A DNA stretch of 64,000 nt from Amoebidium appalachense (GCA_963693365.1 CAVNZM010000011.1:4782639-4846638), one strand, 5' to 3'. Positions 1 to 16,859 are shown, counted from the first letter of the stretch. Numbers and translations are program-made. Notes: a model not told the origin generated them from the sequence alone.

Positions 1-469
1 TTATTTCGATTATCAACGCAATTTCGCTATGTACAGTATTACTTTTGCCTCTGATCCCATATATTGAACAGTATCCAAAATGCTCATGATTACCTCTACG
101 ATGTGCTTCATGAACACACACATGTACACACCCCTCAGTCTCTCCTCAAAGGCCTACACTGTCTGGCTGTCGCTGAGACAGTATTAGGCAATAAGGCCTA
201 CAACTTGTTACAAGACACGTGGGCCTTACCGACGCTAAGCTATTCAATAGTGCTCGCTGAGCTCACGACGGCTTCGAACATGTACAGGCTTCCAGGAATC
301 CAGGCCGTTTATCCCTATTAGTCTTATATGGCTAATTTTGAAGATTCCTGATGTTGAACGCTGATATGAACATTCCACAAGATAAGAATGTGTGTTTTGA
401 TTGGAGAAAACTCCTCTGACGCATATCGGCCGAAAGACTCTACACTCTTATGATTTTGTTTCTCCCTAA

Positions 470-502
470 CACGGCCATCTAGAAACACCAGGCCGTCTAA
501 CG
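470..502. repeat. Left terminal inverted repeat of P element
   Basis: Exact reverse complement of 4762-4794. Confidence 0.95.
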
Positions 503-1459
503 CGATTAACATTCCCGGGATAATGACATTTTAATGACATTTTAACCAAAAAGGCTATTCTGCATTCCACAAGGGGGTGCGGCCTACTTTTCATGGCAAC
601 CGCGTATCCAGACGATTATGTAATCGTGCATTGAATTTGAAGATCCGAATCGGGTCACACCACGGCCCGTAATGCAGCGCTTATCATTTGTAAATAATAT
701 ATAATCATTTCGAATCGGGCTGAAAGAAAAGCCCGGGTATCGCGGAGAAAACTCCTGCACTTGCCGTACAAACAAAAGCAAGAGTAAGCTGTTTTTCTGC
801 TCCACTTTTTTTGTCTTGTTGTTGTTGCGAGCACTTTGGGCCACTTTGGGCATATAATGAGAACAAAATAATCTATCTAACATATACCTTCATTTGCAAG
901 GATGGCATACGGCAACTGTTATGGCTGGTAGACCCAGATCCGTTCCGGTTTCTCTCTGTTCCCGCCCTCCCTCCTCTCACTTTTTGGCGAGCGGACCTCA
1001 AGCGTTAGCGTGTTGTTGCTCAGTCCTCGCGACTGTACGGGTTTCCACTTTTCGGTGAAAGTCGCTACTATATGGCATTGCATGGTGCAAAGCTCTTCAT
1101 TATAACAGCAGCATCGGCGGCAAAACACCTTGGAAATGTGGTGAGTACAAGAGCCCTCTTGTCGCTCCATAACCCCTAACAACCGGCACCGGTCTCCCGG
1201 ACGGCCCTGTTTGAGTTTCTTTATGTCCCTTGTTACCAAGTATTTTTGTCACAACTCTGACATAAAAGGATAACCGTTGTATTTTCTATTGTCTTTTTGC
1301 TGATCATGACCCCTCTATTATACAGACCAACTACCAATGTACCTGGGTTCAAACACGACATCTCTATCTCAACGTTTTACCTAAGCCTAAGCCATGTTTT
1401 TCCAGTTACTGTTTTGGTTGGAATGTTTGATACACGTGTGTAAGTTCGTGCCTCTCTCT

Positions 1460-1466
1460 GCACACA

Positions 1467-1528
<62 letters not shown>

Positions 1529-1552
1529 TATCCCAAAGCTCACACACACTCA

Positions 1553-1584
<32 letters not shown>

Positions 1585-1598
1585 ACACATACACACAC
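1460..1598. repeat. (CA)n microsatellite inside the P element
   Basis: Directly visible. Confidence 0.9.
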
Positions 1599-1948
1599 TC
1601 TGTATCTATGAATTTATGTGGATATATGTATATGTATATACGTATTTATATATGTCCAAACTGCATTTGTTGAAAACTACTACGGCACGAGGGCTATGAG
1701 CTGCGCATCGACACCTCGATCCTCGATCCAATCAACTGGCGCCTGTCTTCCTCGTTTCAGGTCATTGGCGAAGTTAGAGTAGAGCCTGTGCGTGCCCCCC
1801 CCCCCCCCCCAACTACTACTACTCAGAGCTACACCTGCACTTCAGCGTGCAGGTTATCAGCTAAAGTTGCTTGGTTATTCAACATGCTATGCCCGTTTGT
1901 TTTTATATTCACAACACGTTGTCTCTACTTTTGCACTACATCTACCCG

Positions 1949-2873
1949 TTACACATCTATTTTGCCCATAATCACTGCCGCCTTCCTTTCCTGCTGATCG
2001 AGTTGCGCGGGTTTGGGATGTGCCGTTTTTTGGTTTGCTTTCCCTTTCTGCTGCGCTTTCCTTTGCTCCTCGTGCTTTTTCCGAAAGGCTTCCAACCTCA
2101 TTTTGTAGTTCTCGTTTTTGACAAAATTATTGAGGGTGACGTTTGCCATTCGTGCGCAGACCTCCTCAATATACACCTTGCGGTCCTGACCACACGCGTT
2201 GCAGGCTCCGTCTAGTCCGGGAAGGGAAAGTTTGGTTGCCTCCCTTGTGGTCACGTGTGTGAGGAACGCGCGCTGATTTGGTTCCTCAAAGAACTTGCTG
2301 ACATACTTGTTGCTGATAAGCACCTCCGCGGTCCTCGTACACAGGTCGGCAATGCGAAACACTTGGTCCGTGGGCCATGTTAAGCCACCTCTCGTCAATT
2401 CCTGCAGGTACCGTGTCTCGATTTCAACCGCGCCACGGCTTCTGAGATCGTCGATAAAGGCCGGGGGGAAGCCCTTGCCGATTGTGAGGGCGCTGCGGCA
2501 TTCCCTACAACCACCATACGATCCGAACTTGAGCACCTTGAACACCGTCCAACCCGCCACCAGGTATGTAACCTGGCTGTCCGATGGCGCCTGCACCCGA
2601 ATTGCATCGTTCAAACCGTAATAGTGTTGCGCCGAATCTCCGTAGAAGTATTTGCGTTTGGATTTACGGATGTGCTTGTCGGTGCACCGGAGTGTTTTGA
2701 TTGTGACCGGCCCGAAATCACCGTTCATCCATTGGTTCATTAGGTGGCGCCGGTGTTGTGCGACGGTGAACTCTTCCATCTGTGGTGATATTGGTGTGAG
2801 GATGATTTGATAACCTCACTTTCTTTTCCACCTCCACTTCCCATACTTTCTGCTGGCAGAGCCCTTTCATTAT

Positions 2874-2907
<34 letters not shown>

Positions 2908-3031
2908 GGGGGGGGAATCGTTTACCGGAGAAGGGGTTGGGGGTTCTCTTAGATGAATCTTGTGCTTGATGCTACTTTTCTGGCATGGGTGGGTGGGGTG
3001 GGGTGGGTGGGTGGTGGTGGTGTTTGGGGAA

Positions 3032-3073
<42 letters not shown>

Positions 3074-4374
3074 GCACTGACCATCAGTGTTACCGGCTCG
3101 TAGCGTCGCATTCTCACGTGCTCCTCTGACACCATTTGCAGTGAAACTTGATTGGCCAAGAACCGGAAAGAGGTGGCTTTGGCATTGTCGCTGGGGGAGG
3201 TTGACTCAGCAAGGTTATCTGCAGCCCGCTCGAGGATATCCAACGCAAACAACACGGGCTTATCACCAACCAAAGTGCGCTCGGCGGTTGCCAACAACTC
3301 ATCCACGTCGACAGAATCGGGTTGTGGTGTGGACGGGAGGGGTGTCTGCTGCTGTGCAACTTGTTCCACCCGTTGTAATAGTGTGTGTAATTCCGACCAT
3401 CTCGTGACCCAACCATCTGCAAGGTGCTGGAGTAGAAAGGGTGTGGTACTTAACAAATTGGCGGTGGTAAGGGGTTGCGCTGGCGGGGAGGCGGGTAGGA
3501 GGGCAAAGGCTACGTAGTGACCATCGGATGTGGAAATGGACATGACCGGCTAGTATGGGGAAAGGGAGCGTCCCGTTTTCGGTTTCCTTAATTTTCGCGT
3601 GGGTTTGAACACAAAAACTCAACGCCACACCGATTGTGGTCTTATGGGCTGACCAGCCCGGATGGTGTAGAATTGCTTGGCACACGGCATCAATGAAGTT
3701 AGTGTCTGCAAACCTAATTTGGTCTGCAAGGACACGAGCATACTCCTGCTCGAGCATAAGACGCTTGCTTCGCTCCTCTGCCTCTCGTTCGCTAAGCTCC
3801 CGTGCACGTTTCTGCTGCGCTTCACGCTTACGTGCGTCTTTCTCCGCTCGTAACTGTTGCTTGCGCTCCTCCTCCGCCAACCGTAGTATAGCGGCTTCTG
3901 CCTCGATTCTGTGTGCCTCCCTTTTCGCTGCTGCCTTTCTCACGTTTATGCTCCTTTCACCTAGCATGATGGTTTTAGTTGGGTCCTTAGGGTCAGAGAA
4001 GATGCGAGGGGCGATGGGTGGGTCGGAGTTGGGATCGCTTGCTTAAGGGGCCGGTTCCCTCGCGTTGGATCACAGGACCCCTTGGGAAAATAGTCTGCGT
4101 CAACGAAATGCTTGACGCAGACGTGAGGCCTACCATCTTTGTATGTTTCAAAGAAGCATGCCTTGCTACCCCATACATCCCCTGCCTGAAGGCAACTTTC
4201 ATACCACAACTGCCACAGCTCTGGCTGCTTTTCCGGGTCGGGAAACCTAAAAGTAGAAACGGTAATGCTCTGGCCGACATCGGCTTGCGGGTTTACATTT
4301 TCCTTACCCCTGTCCTTTCGAGTCTCACTAGCATAGTTACTCTTACAGTTGTATACAATGCACTTGTTCCCCAT
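1949..4374 (-). pseudogene. THAP-domain P-element transposase derivative (two frameshifts, one intron, no recognisable DDE core)
   Basis: N-terminal THAP C2CH signature MGNKCIVYNC...FRFP...W...VCVKHF...LK..AIPT, then a coiled coil and an FLANQVSL...RRY motif. The C-terminal exon 1949-2779 has YLVAGW..CREC..L and TRGGLTWPT, typical of P transposase C-termini. Frame changes near 4000-4040 and ~3545. Predicted GT-AG intron 3081-2780. Confidence 0.75.
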
Positions 4375-4761
4375 GATCTCGCGGAAACTAACCATCCCTA
4401 AAAAGATACAACGCCAGGGCATGGGCATATTGCCCATCCAGGTGCCACAGCAACCGTAGGTGTCTTTGCGAGGGCAGTGTTCAAACAGTACACCTACGTA
4501 CGGCGGTTTTTCCGGGGGTGCGGCCGCATAAACAGACCGGCGATCGGCCGCACTCTTGTAGGTCTAAATCACCAATCGGCCGAGCCGAAAGAGTGGTTAA
4601 ACGTCAAATAAAAATTGATGAAATTTAACTCGTTTGTAGATCACGTTGCTGCCGAAGGCGAATAAATCTGTGGAGAACATTTTCCCGCCATTTTAGTAGG
4701 CCGCACCACCCCCGAGACCAAAAATCTTGCGCAAACAAATGAGCAAATTCCGATGACGTCA

Positions 4762-4794
4762 CGTTAGACGGCCTGGTGTTTCTAGATGGCCGTG
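4762..4794. repeat. Right terminal inverted repeat of P element
   Basis: Exact reverse complement of 470-502, followed by TSD CTCCCTAA. Confidence 0.95.
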
Positions 4795-5016
4795 CTCCCT
4801 AATTATTAGTACATCATAAAAAAGAACTCAAACGCCGAATGAAGTTTCTCGAGAAAGAGAGTTTGGAGTGTTTTATTTGGTCTTCTTTTCCTCTACAGCC
4901 CAGATGTGCGTCATGACTCATCCCGCCGCAACAGTATTCATGACGTCATTGCTGATAAACGCAAAACTTTGAAATAAGTAACATCCAATAACTGTGATAT
5001 GCAGTAGACACCCACT

Positions 5017-5045
5017 TCCGGTCCGGTCCGGTCCGGTCCGGTCCG
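5017..5045. repeat. (TCCGG)n pentanucleotide repeat
   Basis: About 6 tandem copies, with degenerate copies continuing to ~5085. Confidence 0.85.
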
Positions 5046-5505
5046 ACCCTCTCGAACCGCGGTTTGGTCCGGTTCGGTCTGAACCAAAAGTAAGGGGGTA
5101 TAAAACCAGCGGACATGGTTCAGATTAACTCAGTGTACGAAACAGCACTGTTTGACATCCTTAGTAAAACGCGAACGCTAACCTGCAGCTGTAGTACACA
5201 TAGTGAAGTATATAGTAACTGTGCCGCGATCTTATTTTTGACAGTTTTAACTTTATACACGTACCCTTGCACACACACGTTTGTTTGCACGCCTTTTCCA
5301 CCTGAAGCAAGCCGGACACTGCCAGGGTTTAAGACCGTGAAAGCCTACCTACTTGCCCCCTTAATACTCCTGAGGAGTCTCCGATAAACTTTGAAAGTCT
5401 CTTGTAGTTATCTACTACTAGTGAATCTGTGACGTCTTGACAAAGTAGACTAGCAGCAAAGCCTTTTACACATACTTTGTGTATAACTTTAAAATCACAA
5501 CGAAA

Positions 5506-8449
<2,944 letters not shown>

Positions 8450-9188
8450 ACGTGCAGTAATTGTCCGGATTGCAAAATTTGGAAGGCAAATGATGGAATT
8501 TGCGAGGGCGGAAAGGGTGAAAATTGTCAAAATTCCCCGAATGATTGTAAGAGTGCTTTTAGTGGTAAGGCCAAGTTCTGCTGTGGGCCTACAAGTGGTA
8601 GTTATGGTGGGGCACCGGGTGTAGGCTGTAGCAATTTGAAGTGTGGTGGGCCTACAATGTGCGCAACTACTTGTGCATAGAGAACACACATACACACAAC
8701 ATACAACGAAGACACACATGCTGCACACATATAATCTCATCGGAAAAAGTTAACATATTCCTTTATGGGCTGAGAGTAGTACGGCCATTACTATTGTTTA
8801 GTCCGTTGCAAAGGAAACTGCGTGTGAATACTGAAAGAATACCAACTAGACATCGAAACAAGCGTAGTACCATCGAAATCCAATCGAAAGAAATTGGAAC
8901 CTGCTGGTCTTGAATGATCGTAGGACTTTTTTTTTATTAATAAAAAAAAAAATGTTCTTGACACTGTCCATATGGTTTCAGAGTCACTCCTTTGATATAC
9001 CCTGTGATGCCATGGCTGCTATAAACGGCACTAGTGAACCACCACCTCGATTGAGCAACAAAGCGAAAAATCTCTCGGTTCTTTACCGCTCAATCACTTC
9101 CTCCCCCCCCCCCCCCCCCCCCCCCCCCCCCACCTTTCCCCCAACCAACCCACTCACCCACCCACCCCCTTCCCCCTGCCCCCCTCCC

Positions 9189-9237
<49 letters not shown>

Positions 9238-11145
9238 CCGCCCCAAAAAAAACAAAAACAAAAACCAAAAAAAAAAAAAAAAACCACAGCCTACACCTCA
9301 TGATATCGCCCCCCTCCCCCTCCCCCCCCCCCGCCCCCGGCACCGGGTGGCTGTGTTTTTTGAGACGGGAGAATTGCAGTGAGCTTGCAAACTTCTTCGA
9401 GTCGCTCTCATTTGAGCTCTTTGTGTATGTGTATTTTTTTTGGACGACGGGTAGGGGGGAGGGGGTGGGGTGGGGTGGGGGGGGGGGGGGGGGGGAGAGG
9501 CCTTGGGGGTCAGGGTGGCGGTGGGCAGAGGGTGGAGGGGGGGGGGGGGAGAGGGGGGGAGCGAGAAAAGGAAACTGGAGACGGATGGAAACTGAGGAGA
9601 GAGGGTGGGTGGGCGGCGGCGGTGGTGGTTGGTTAGGCTGTGATAAGGTGAGGTGAGGTGGGGATTGGGGGTGGCATGTTGTTTCTATGTATGTGTGGGT
9701 TGTGGGTGTCGGATTCCCCCCCCCCCCCCCCCCCCCCCTACTCTACTAGGGACACAGCGAACCCTCAGAATATTCCCCCCCCCCCCCCCCCCCCCAAACC
9801 CCCCCCCACCCACACACACACACACAAAAAAGGTCTTCTATTCTATACCACAGCCAAGCCCTCGGACCCCTCCCCCCTCCCCCCCTCCCCCGGTAACCCT
9901 CTTCCCCCTCCCCTCCCCCCCGTCCCCCCCCCCCCCCCCCCACCACCACCACCACCACCCGGGGGCATCTTTCTACTCTATACCTCAGCTTTACCCTCAC
10001 AACCAACAATCCCCCCCCCCCCTTTTCCCAGCAAAACAAAACGACAAACTAAAAACGGAGAAGGAGGGAGGGAGGGGGGAAGGGGGAGGGGGGGGGGGGG
10101 GGCACATGCAAAATGCGCTGCACATATTTTCCATCTTGACTTCTCATCTCCACCTAACCAAATCTTCTGGCACTGCTCTTTAACTATACACACGTTTTCA
10201 GTAAATGACACAAAATTATGCAACTTAACTCAATAATCCTCAATAATCCTCAACAATTTAGTTAAAACTCAGTCTGGCATGAACGAACCCGCTAATCCCC
10301 CCCTCCCCCCCCCCCCCCCCCCCCTCCGCCCATCCCCCCCCCTCCCCCCCCCCCCCCCCAAAAAAAAAATACTGCTATATGCAAAATCTATTTGATAACG
10401 GGAAAAGGACTAATTCACTTTCTGCTGCCTTCTTCCCCCCCTCCCCCCCCCCCCCCATACACACACACACACACGCACCCCCCCCCCCCCCTCCTCCCCC
10501 CCCTTCCCAACGTTTGCACACACACACACACACACACGCTCTCTCTCTCTCTCTTGTTGATCTGGCTAAAGAGTGTTTGAAAGCCGACGAAAAAACGTTC
10601 CTGAAAAAATGACAGGACCCATTTTCACAGTTACTTATAGACTATTCCCGGAAAACTCCGGGTGACCGGTCCCTTTAGCCGACTTGTGCATTCACGTAGC
10701 CGCGACACGTTTGATCAAGAGAAGAACGAACACGAACTTAGCTCTTAGGTGATCTTAGCCATAAAAATTAATGCTGTCAACTTGGGATTATTTTAAAGGC
10801 ACAACAGACGGGGATCTGCACCTCACTCAGTCTGAACTGTATCATGAAACTCGTTGCACTTAGCATAATAGTTGTTGCTGGCACATGGAGAAGGAGAAGG
10901 GAAGGTGGGGTGGAGGGGTAGAGGTGGGGGAGGGGGGGGGGGGGTTGTAGCTTCTGACTCTCCCAATATGACCCGGTTTGTCTTCACTTGAAGGTTTTTC
11001 TTCTTATCCTTCCTCTCCCCACCCCCCCACCCCTCCCCCCCCTCCCCCTCCCCCCCCACCCCCCCCCCCCCCCCCCAACACACACACACACCTTTTTTTT
11101 CCTTCTTTTTTTTTTTTTTTTTTGGGGGGGTTGGGTTTGGGGGGG

Positions 11146-11181
<36 letters not shown>

Positions 11182-12026
11182 TACCGGGTCATTCACTGCA
11201 ACATCATTATCAAGTGTATTTAAGCATTACTTGAACAAAATCATCATCTGATTAAAGTTTCACTAATATAACAAAACAAGTCATCAAGTGTAACAGTTAT
11301 TCAAGTGCTACTAGCATAACAAAATCATTTGGTGTAATCAATAGTAATGTTTTACTAGTATGCAGGCGCCGTTTTGAAGTCTGTACTGGCCACAGTGTCA
11401 CGAGGCTCGCAGGGTTGTGGGTTTAAAGCGCATTGCTTCATGTTCTATCCCACACAACTTGCTCTAGCTACTCTCCGAGTAAACTTATCGGTTATCCCAC
11501 CTCCTTCCCCCCCCCCCCCTCCTTCCCCCCCCCCCCCTCCCCCCACCGTCCTCCTCCCCCCCCCTCCCCCCCTTATAACCCACACCCCTCCCCCTCCCCA
11601 CACACACCCCCTCCCCCTCCCCCTCCCACCTTCTCAAAGTTTGCCACCGGTTTTCAGCCTTATTTTATCTTGGTGGTGCGGGCGCGTGGGCGCGCGTGCG
11701 TATGGGAGTGAGGTGGGTGAGGGTGGGGTGGGAGTGGGGGGATTTGGGGGAGAGGTGTACATGGGGATGGAACGATGGAGGAAAGGGGGGGGAAGGGGGG
11801 GGGGGGAGAGGGGGGATGGGTTGGTGGGTGGGTTGGTGGATGGGTGGTAGGGGGGATGGGAGGGTGGGGGAGGAAAGGGGGGTGGGGGGGAGAATGGGTG
11901 GGTGAGTTGGTTGGTGGGTTGGGGGGGGGGGGGGGGGGGGGGGGGAGCGTGCACTGGATGTGTGTGTGGGGGGAGGGGGGAGGGCGAGGGGGGCGGGGGG
12001 TGCACTGGGTGGGGTGGGGGTAGGGT

Positions 12027-12062
<36 letters not shown>

Positions 12063-12179
12063 GGATGTGTGTGTGTGTTGTATTCAACTGTGCGTGCCGG
12101 TGTGTACAGCGTGAGCTCATTCTTTATTCAACTTGGTAAGTTGTTTTCTCCGGGCGGGCGGCGGCGGCGGCGGCGGCGG

Positions 12180-12221
<42 letters not shown>

Positions 12222-12358
12222 TGTGCCGCCATCCTCCATTGTTATTACCACTATTAGCTTTACAAAAAACCTTCTGTGCCCCCACTCCTCCCCCTCCCCC
12301 ATTCCCCCCCTTCCACCCACCCTCCCCCCCCTTCCCCCCCTCCCTCCTTCCCCCCCCC

Positions 12359-12391
<33 letters not shown>

Positions 12392-12577
12392 CCCCCGGGG
12401 GAGGCTCCAGCCACCATGTTACACACAACCGAAAATCAACTTAAGAAAGAAAGGAAGGGATTGGGGTGAAGTATAACTATTAACAGCAATGAGAATAACT
12501 CTGTGCACACATGGTTGGCCAAACTTGCCTGTACTGCAACACTCGACTAGCATCCAGATTTATCACCAACAATCCCC

Positions 12578-12613
<36 letters not shown>

Positions 12614-13010
12614 CTACTTCCCAGCAACACATACACACAAACACATACAGACATACACACCGTGCACGAAACATTACACACACAAAAAATGCATGCCCTC
12701 ATCCCGACGGTGACAATTTGTTACAGTACGGTGAGTGTACACGACACTTCCACGGCACGGACCCGGAATCTGGTAGTGGTACTGCTAATCAGATTCAGCA
12801 CAGCACTCACATAGGTGTGTACGTGTACCGTTGACAACGTTCCATGTTTGCTCGAATTGGAAATGAAATGTAACACTACTACACCCCTTTCCCTCTCCCC
12901 GCCCCCTTCCCCCAGCCTGTGCGGCGATCCCCCCCCTCCCTCCCCCCACTCACCAAACCTGTGGGCGAGGGGCAAGGGTGGAGGGCAAGGGACGGTGGTG
13001 GTGGTGGTGG

Positions 13011-13063
<53 letters not shown>

Positions 13064-13281
13064 GGAAAGGGGCAACACTAGCAGAGACTCTGCTGATCAC
13101 AGAATAATTCATGTTTTTTGCAGAATGAAAACCCAGATGGTAACCGTTCTGCTTGTGCTGCATATACTATTCCGCGTTCATACAATTGTGTTTCCCCCCT
13201 CCCCCTCCCTCCCCCGCTCCTTCCACCTATCCGCCCAATGGGCCGACCGTGGATGCTCCCCTTTACTCCTCTTCCTTTCAC

Positions 13282-13444
<163 letters not shown>

Positions 13445-13785
13445 CCCTTCCCCTTTGCCCCTCCCTCCCCGCCACCCCCCCCCCCCCCCCTCCGCCCCTC
13501 CTCCCCCCCCCGGCCCCCCCCCCCCCCCCCCCCCCTCCCCCCCCCCCCCTTTCCCCCTTCCCCCCTCCCATCATCTCAGTTTTTCAGAGCAAATCAGGAA
13601 CAGTTTTTCGTGTGTGTGTGTGCGATGGGGGGGGGGGGGGAGGGGGGGGGGATTTTCGGATCACGAATCTCTCTAGATCTCCCAGTGGGGCGCACGTGCA
13701 ATGCGCTGTGCGTTCATGCATAGCTAAAAAGACACACATTGCAGCACGTGCGCGCATACACACATACACACAACACACACACACA

Positions 13786-13847
<62 letters not shown>

Positions 13848-13953
13848 CTCTCTTGCCCCACGTACACATGTGCACGCGTACGTGTTTGTGTACCTGTCAA
13901 GCAGACATAAAAAATACAATCAACACAAACACACTTGTGCGGGCGTGCGCACA

Positions 13954-13988
<35 letters not shown>

Positions 13989-13997
13989 GCCCGCAAG

Positions 13998-14030
<33 letters not shown>

Positions 14031-14033
14031 GCC

Positions 14034-14100
<67 letters not shown>

Positions 14101-14131
14101 CGCACGCACACACACGCCGCACGCACATGCA

Positions 14132-14176
<45 letters not shown>

Positions 14177-14326
14177 GCGCACACACATACACACTCAAAT
14201 GCCCACACCCACACAAAGCGAGGACAGCATCTTTTACAAACTAAGTTACTTGAAAACGTTCGTGGGAAGGAGATTACACATGAAAGACATTACAGTGTGC
14301 GAGGGAAAAAGGAGGTTGGGACACGA

Positions 14327-14358
<32 letters not shown>

Positions 14359-14638
14359 CGGGGGATGCCCCGTGTTTGTGGGTATGTGTGTGCTCATGCG
14401 ACTGTGGAGACGTTTGTGTGCCACCGTGCGCTTGTGTGTGGTGGTGCCTGCGTGCTCTATGCTTCTGTGTGGGCTTGAGTGTCTGCTAGAGTGTGTGCTC
14501 CATTACCAGGTAATGTAATAATTATTCATGGGTTATGCATGAGTTGAGGCTTGTTGCATGTGTGTGTACACAGTAGGCAAGTAGATCATCAATGGTTGGT
14601 GTAAGAAGCATAGTATCGAACTTACCCCGTGCTTGCGC

Positions 14639-14671
<33 letters not shown>

Positions 14672-14720
14672 TGTGGGGTGTGCGTATGCGTGTGCGTGTG
14701 CGTGTGTTTGTGTTTGTGTT

Positions 14721-14854
<134 letters not shown>

Positions 14855-15270
14855 CGTGTCCGTGTGACCTCTTCCCCGATGTTTTTGTTTTCTTTGATTC
14901 GGTCCCTGCCGCATTTAGGAATCATGTTGATGGACGTTTGTTTTTATTTGCGATTAATATCTTAACGAACACAACTATGGTTGCCTGCGAATTCGCAGCG
15001 CTTTTGTTTAAAAGGATTATATTAACGTCAATACATTTTCAAGGAGCCACGTAAAAAGGAAACCAACACTAAAAAAAAAACACTTTAAAATCTTCAACAA
15101 AAATATCCTGCACGAACCGTTCCTCTTCTCTATACAGTTATCTGTACGGCAGACTATAAGTCTACTCTTTGGCAGACACAAAACCAAATAGTTGGTCACA
15201 TTTTTTCTAAATATCATATTAGCCGCATGAAGCCTTTCATTGCCGCAGGCTCCTAGGTAGTCATTACTAC

Positions 15271-16743
15271 TCAATTATCATTTAAATATGAAAGTTCACA
15301 CGAGAACAAAACCACTACAGACACGGGCATAAAGATGACGCCAAACACCGCCAGGAACCACGCAGCGTATTTCTTTGCACCGGCCCACTTGCTCTCCGAC
15401 GGAGACGCCCATCCCTTCTCGGCGTCGGCCTGCACGTCGTTGTACACAAACATCTTTAAATAGGCGCATGCGGGGATGATGAATGCCGACATGGTGCAAG
15501 AGGTACCACCGACAATCCCAAAAACCAGCCCGAGATCGCTAACAGTCATGGCAACGGCTACCGTGGTGGCAAGGAGACCCACCGTGCATACCCAGAAAAC
15601 GGCACGGGTACTGTTTGAACGCGGGGCGGAAACAACATCGCCTTTGCCCGCAACGTGGAGCAACTGGTGGACGAGATTGACAAAAGCGTCGCGTGTGGGG
15701 TGGAAGAAGACCGGGTAGGATGCAGAGACCACAAAGGCAAGCATCAGGCGTGCAGCAGACACGACGGGGGTGATGGGATAGTCGGTGAGGATGTTTGCGC
15801 TGACGTTCGTGCCGAAGGTGAGCACCCCGCACAGGCCAAAGAACATGTACACAAGACCCACAAGACCGATGGAGCCGGCACCCACAATATCCATGGACTT
15901 GACCCTGGGCTTCTTAATGACGTTGTAGATGGCAGGCACGTTGACCTGGCAGGCAAACGCGAAGATGTACATGGGGAGGGCACGCAGCACACCCAGTCCT
16001 TCCGCATGCACCATTTCCACAGTACCGCGGCAGGTACCAGCGTCCTTACCGGTGCAGGCATCAAACGTGTCTGAGGGAGCTATGAAGAAAAGAAGCACGA
16101 CCACCATCACGTACAGGACGGCAACAATAGCCAGCGTGCTGGTGAACTTGAGCTTGTCGATGTTGGGCATGCAGGCAAGGGGGGCACCGACAACGGCAAA
16201 GACAATGCCGATCCAAAAGAGACGGTTGTAGAGAAAACTGTCGGCAGCCACACCAGACCCAGCCACCTGTTCCACAAACTGAGGCAGAAGGTCGCTCGCC
16301 ACCATCAGGTACGAAATGCACGCGCCGATACACGTGAAGATTGCCGCAAAGTCGCCCACCCAGCCGAGATGCGGGTACGCCTCCTTCAACACACCGCCAT
16401 AGGACGTGTTTTCACCGCCCACACGGTGGCAGCACTTGCTGTAGGGATGAATGGTGAGGAACGCCGCACACAGAGAAAAGGCCATTAGAAGGATGGCCAC
16501 CAGCCACCCGCACTGGGCGAAGGCGTAGGGGAGCGCAAGCACGCCGGTGCCGATGATTGTGTTTGTGAGGTTTGCCATGCCGGCAAAGACGGACGAGTTG
16601 CGGGAACTCCCCTCCGTCTGTTCGTTGTCGGAGTTGCTTCCGATGGAGACGCATTCGCCAGAGGGCTCGGGCACCGTTTCTGCCTTGGTTTTGGTGTCGC
16701 AGTCGACAGAAGACGAATTTTGCGGGTGTGGCGGGAGAGACAT
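15271..16743 (-). CDS. Amino acid transporter, AAAP/SLC38 (AVT-like) family, intronless, 490 aa
   Basis: NLTNTIIGTGVLALPYAF motif, FAFACQVNVPAIY, about 11 hydrophobic segments, uninterrupted ORF with coding-like codon usage. Confidence 0.95.
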   Translation of the reverse strand: MSLPPHPQNSSSVDCDTKTKAETVPEPSGECVSIGSNSDNEQTEGSSRNSSVFAGMANLTNTIIGTGVLALPYAFAQCGWLVAILLMAFSLCAAFLTIHPYSKCCHRVGGENTSYGGVLKEAYPHLGWVGDFAAIFTCIGACISYLMVASDLLPQFVEQVAGSGVAADSFLYNRLFWIGIVFAVVGAPLACMPNIDKLKFTSTLAIVAVLYVMVVVLLFFIAPSDTFDACTGKDAGTCRGTVEMVHAEGLGVLRALPMYIFAFACQVNVPAIYNVIKKPRVKSMDIVGAGSIGLVGLVYMFFGLCGVLTFGTNVSANILTDYPITPVVSAARLMLAFVVSASYPVFFHPTRDAFVNLVHQLLHVAGKGDVVSAPRSNSTRAVFWVCTVGLLATTVAVAMTVSDLGLVFGIVGGTSCTMSAFIIPACAYLKMFVYNDVQADAEKGWASPSESKWAGAKKYAAWFLAVFGVIFMPVSVVVLFSCELSYLNDN

Positions 16744-16859
16744 GTTGTCGGGTTTTTTGTTTGGAGGTGTCAGGCTGTACTTGTACTCACTGAATTGTTT
16801 TTGTTTATCGTGTCTGCAAGTGCAGTCTGCATCTTGAGATTGTGGCGTCTGTGTGCGAG

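Larger units (their letters stand above)
470..4794 (-). mobile_element. P-element superfamily (THAP) DNA transposon, probably non-autonomous
   Basis: Perfect 33-bp TIRs (470-502 CACGGCCATCTAGAAACACCAGGCCGTCTAACG; 4762-4794 is its reverse complement). 8-bp TSD CTCCCTAA at 462-469 and 4795-4802. CA...TG termini and an internal THAP-domain ORF. Confidence 0.93.

Noticed and set aside
64-1239. Short ORFs 64-321, 584-883 and 919-1239 as genes or transposon cargo
   Set aside because: No recognisable motif and non-ATG or weak starts, so they cannot be supported.
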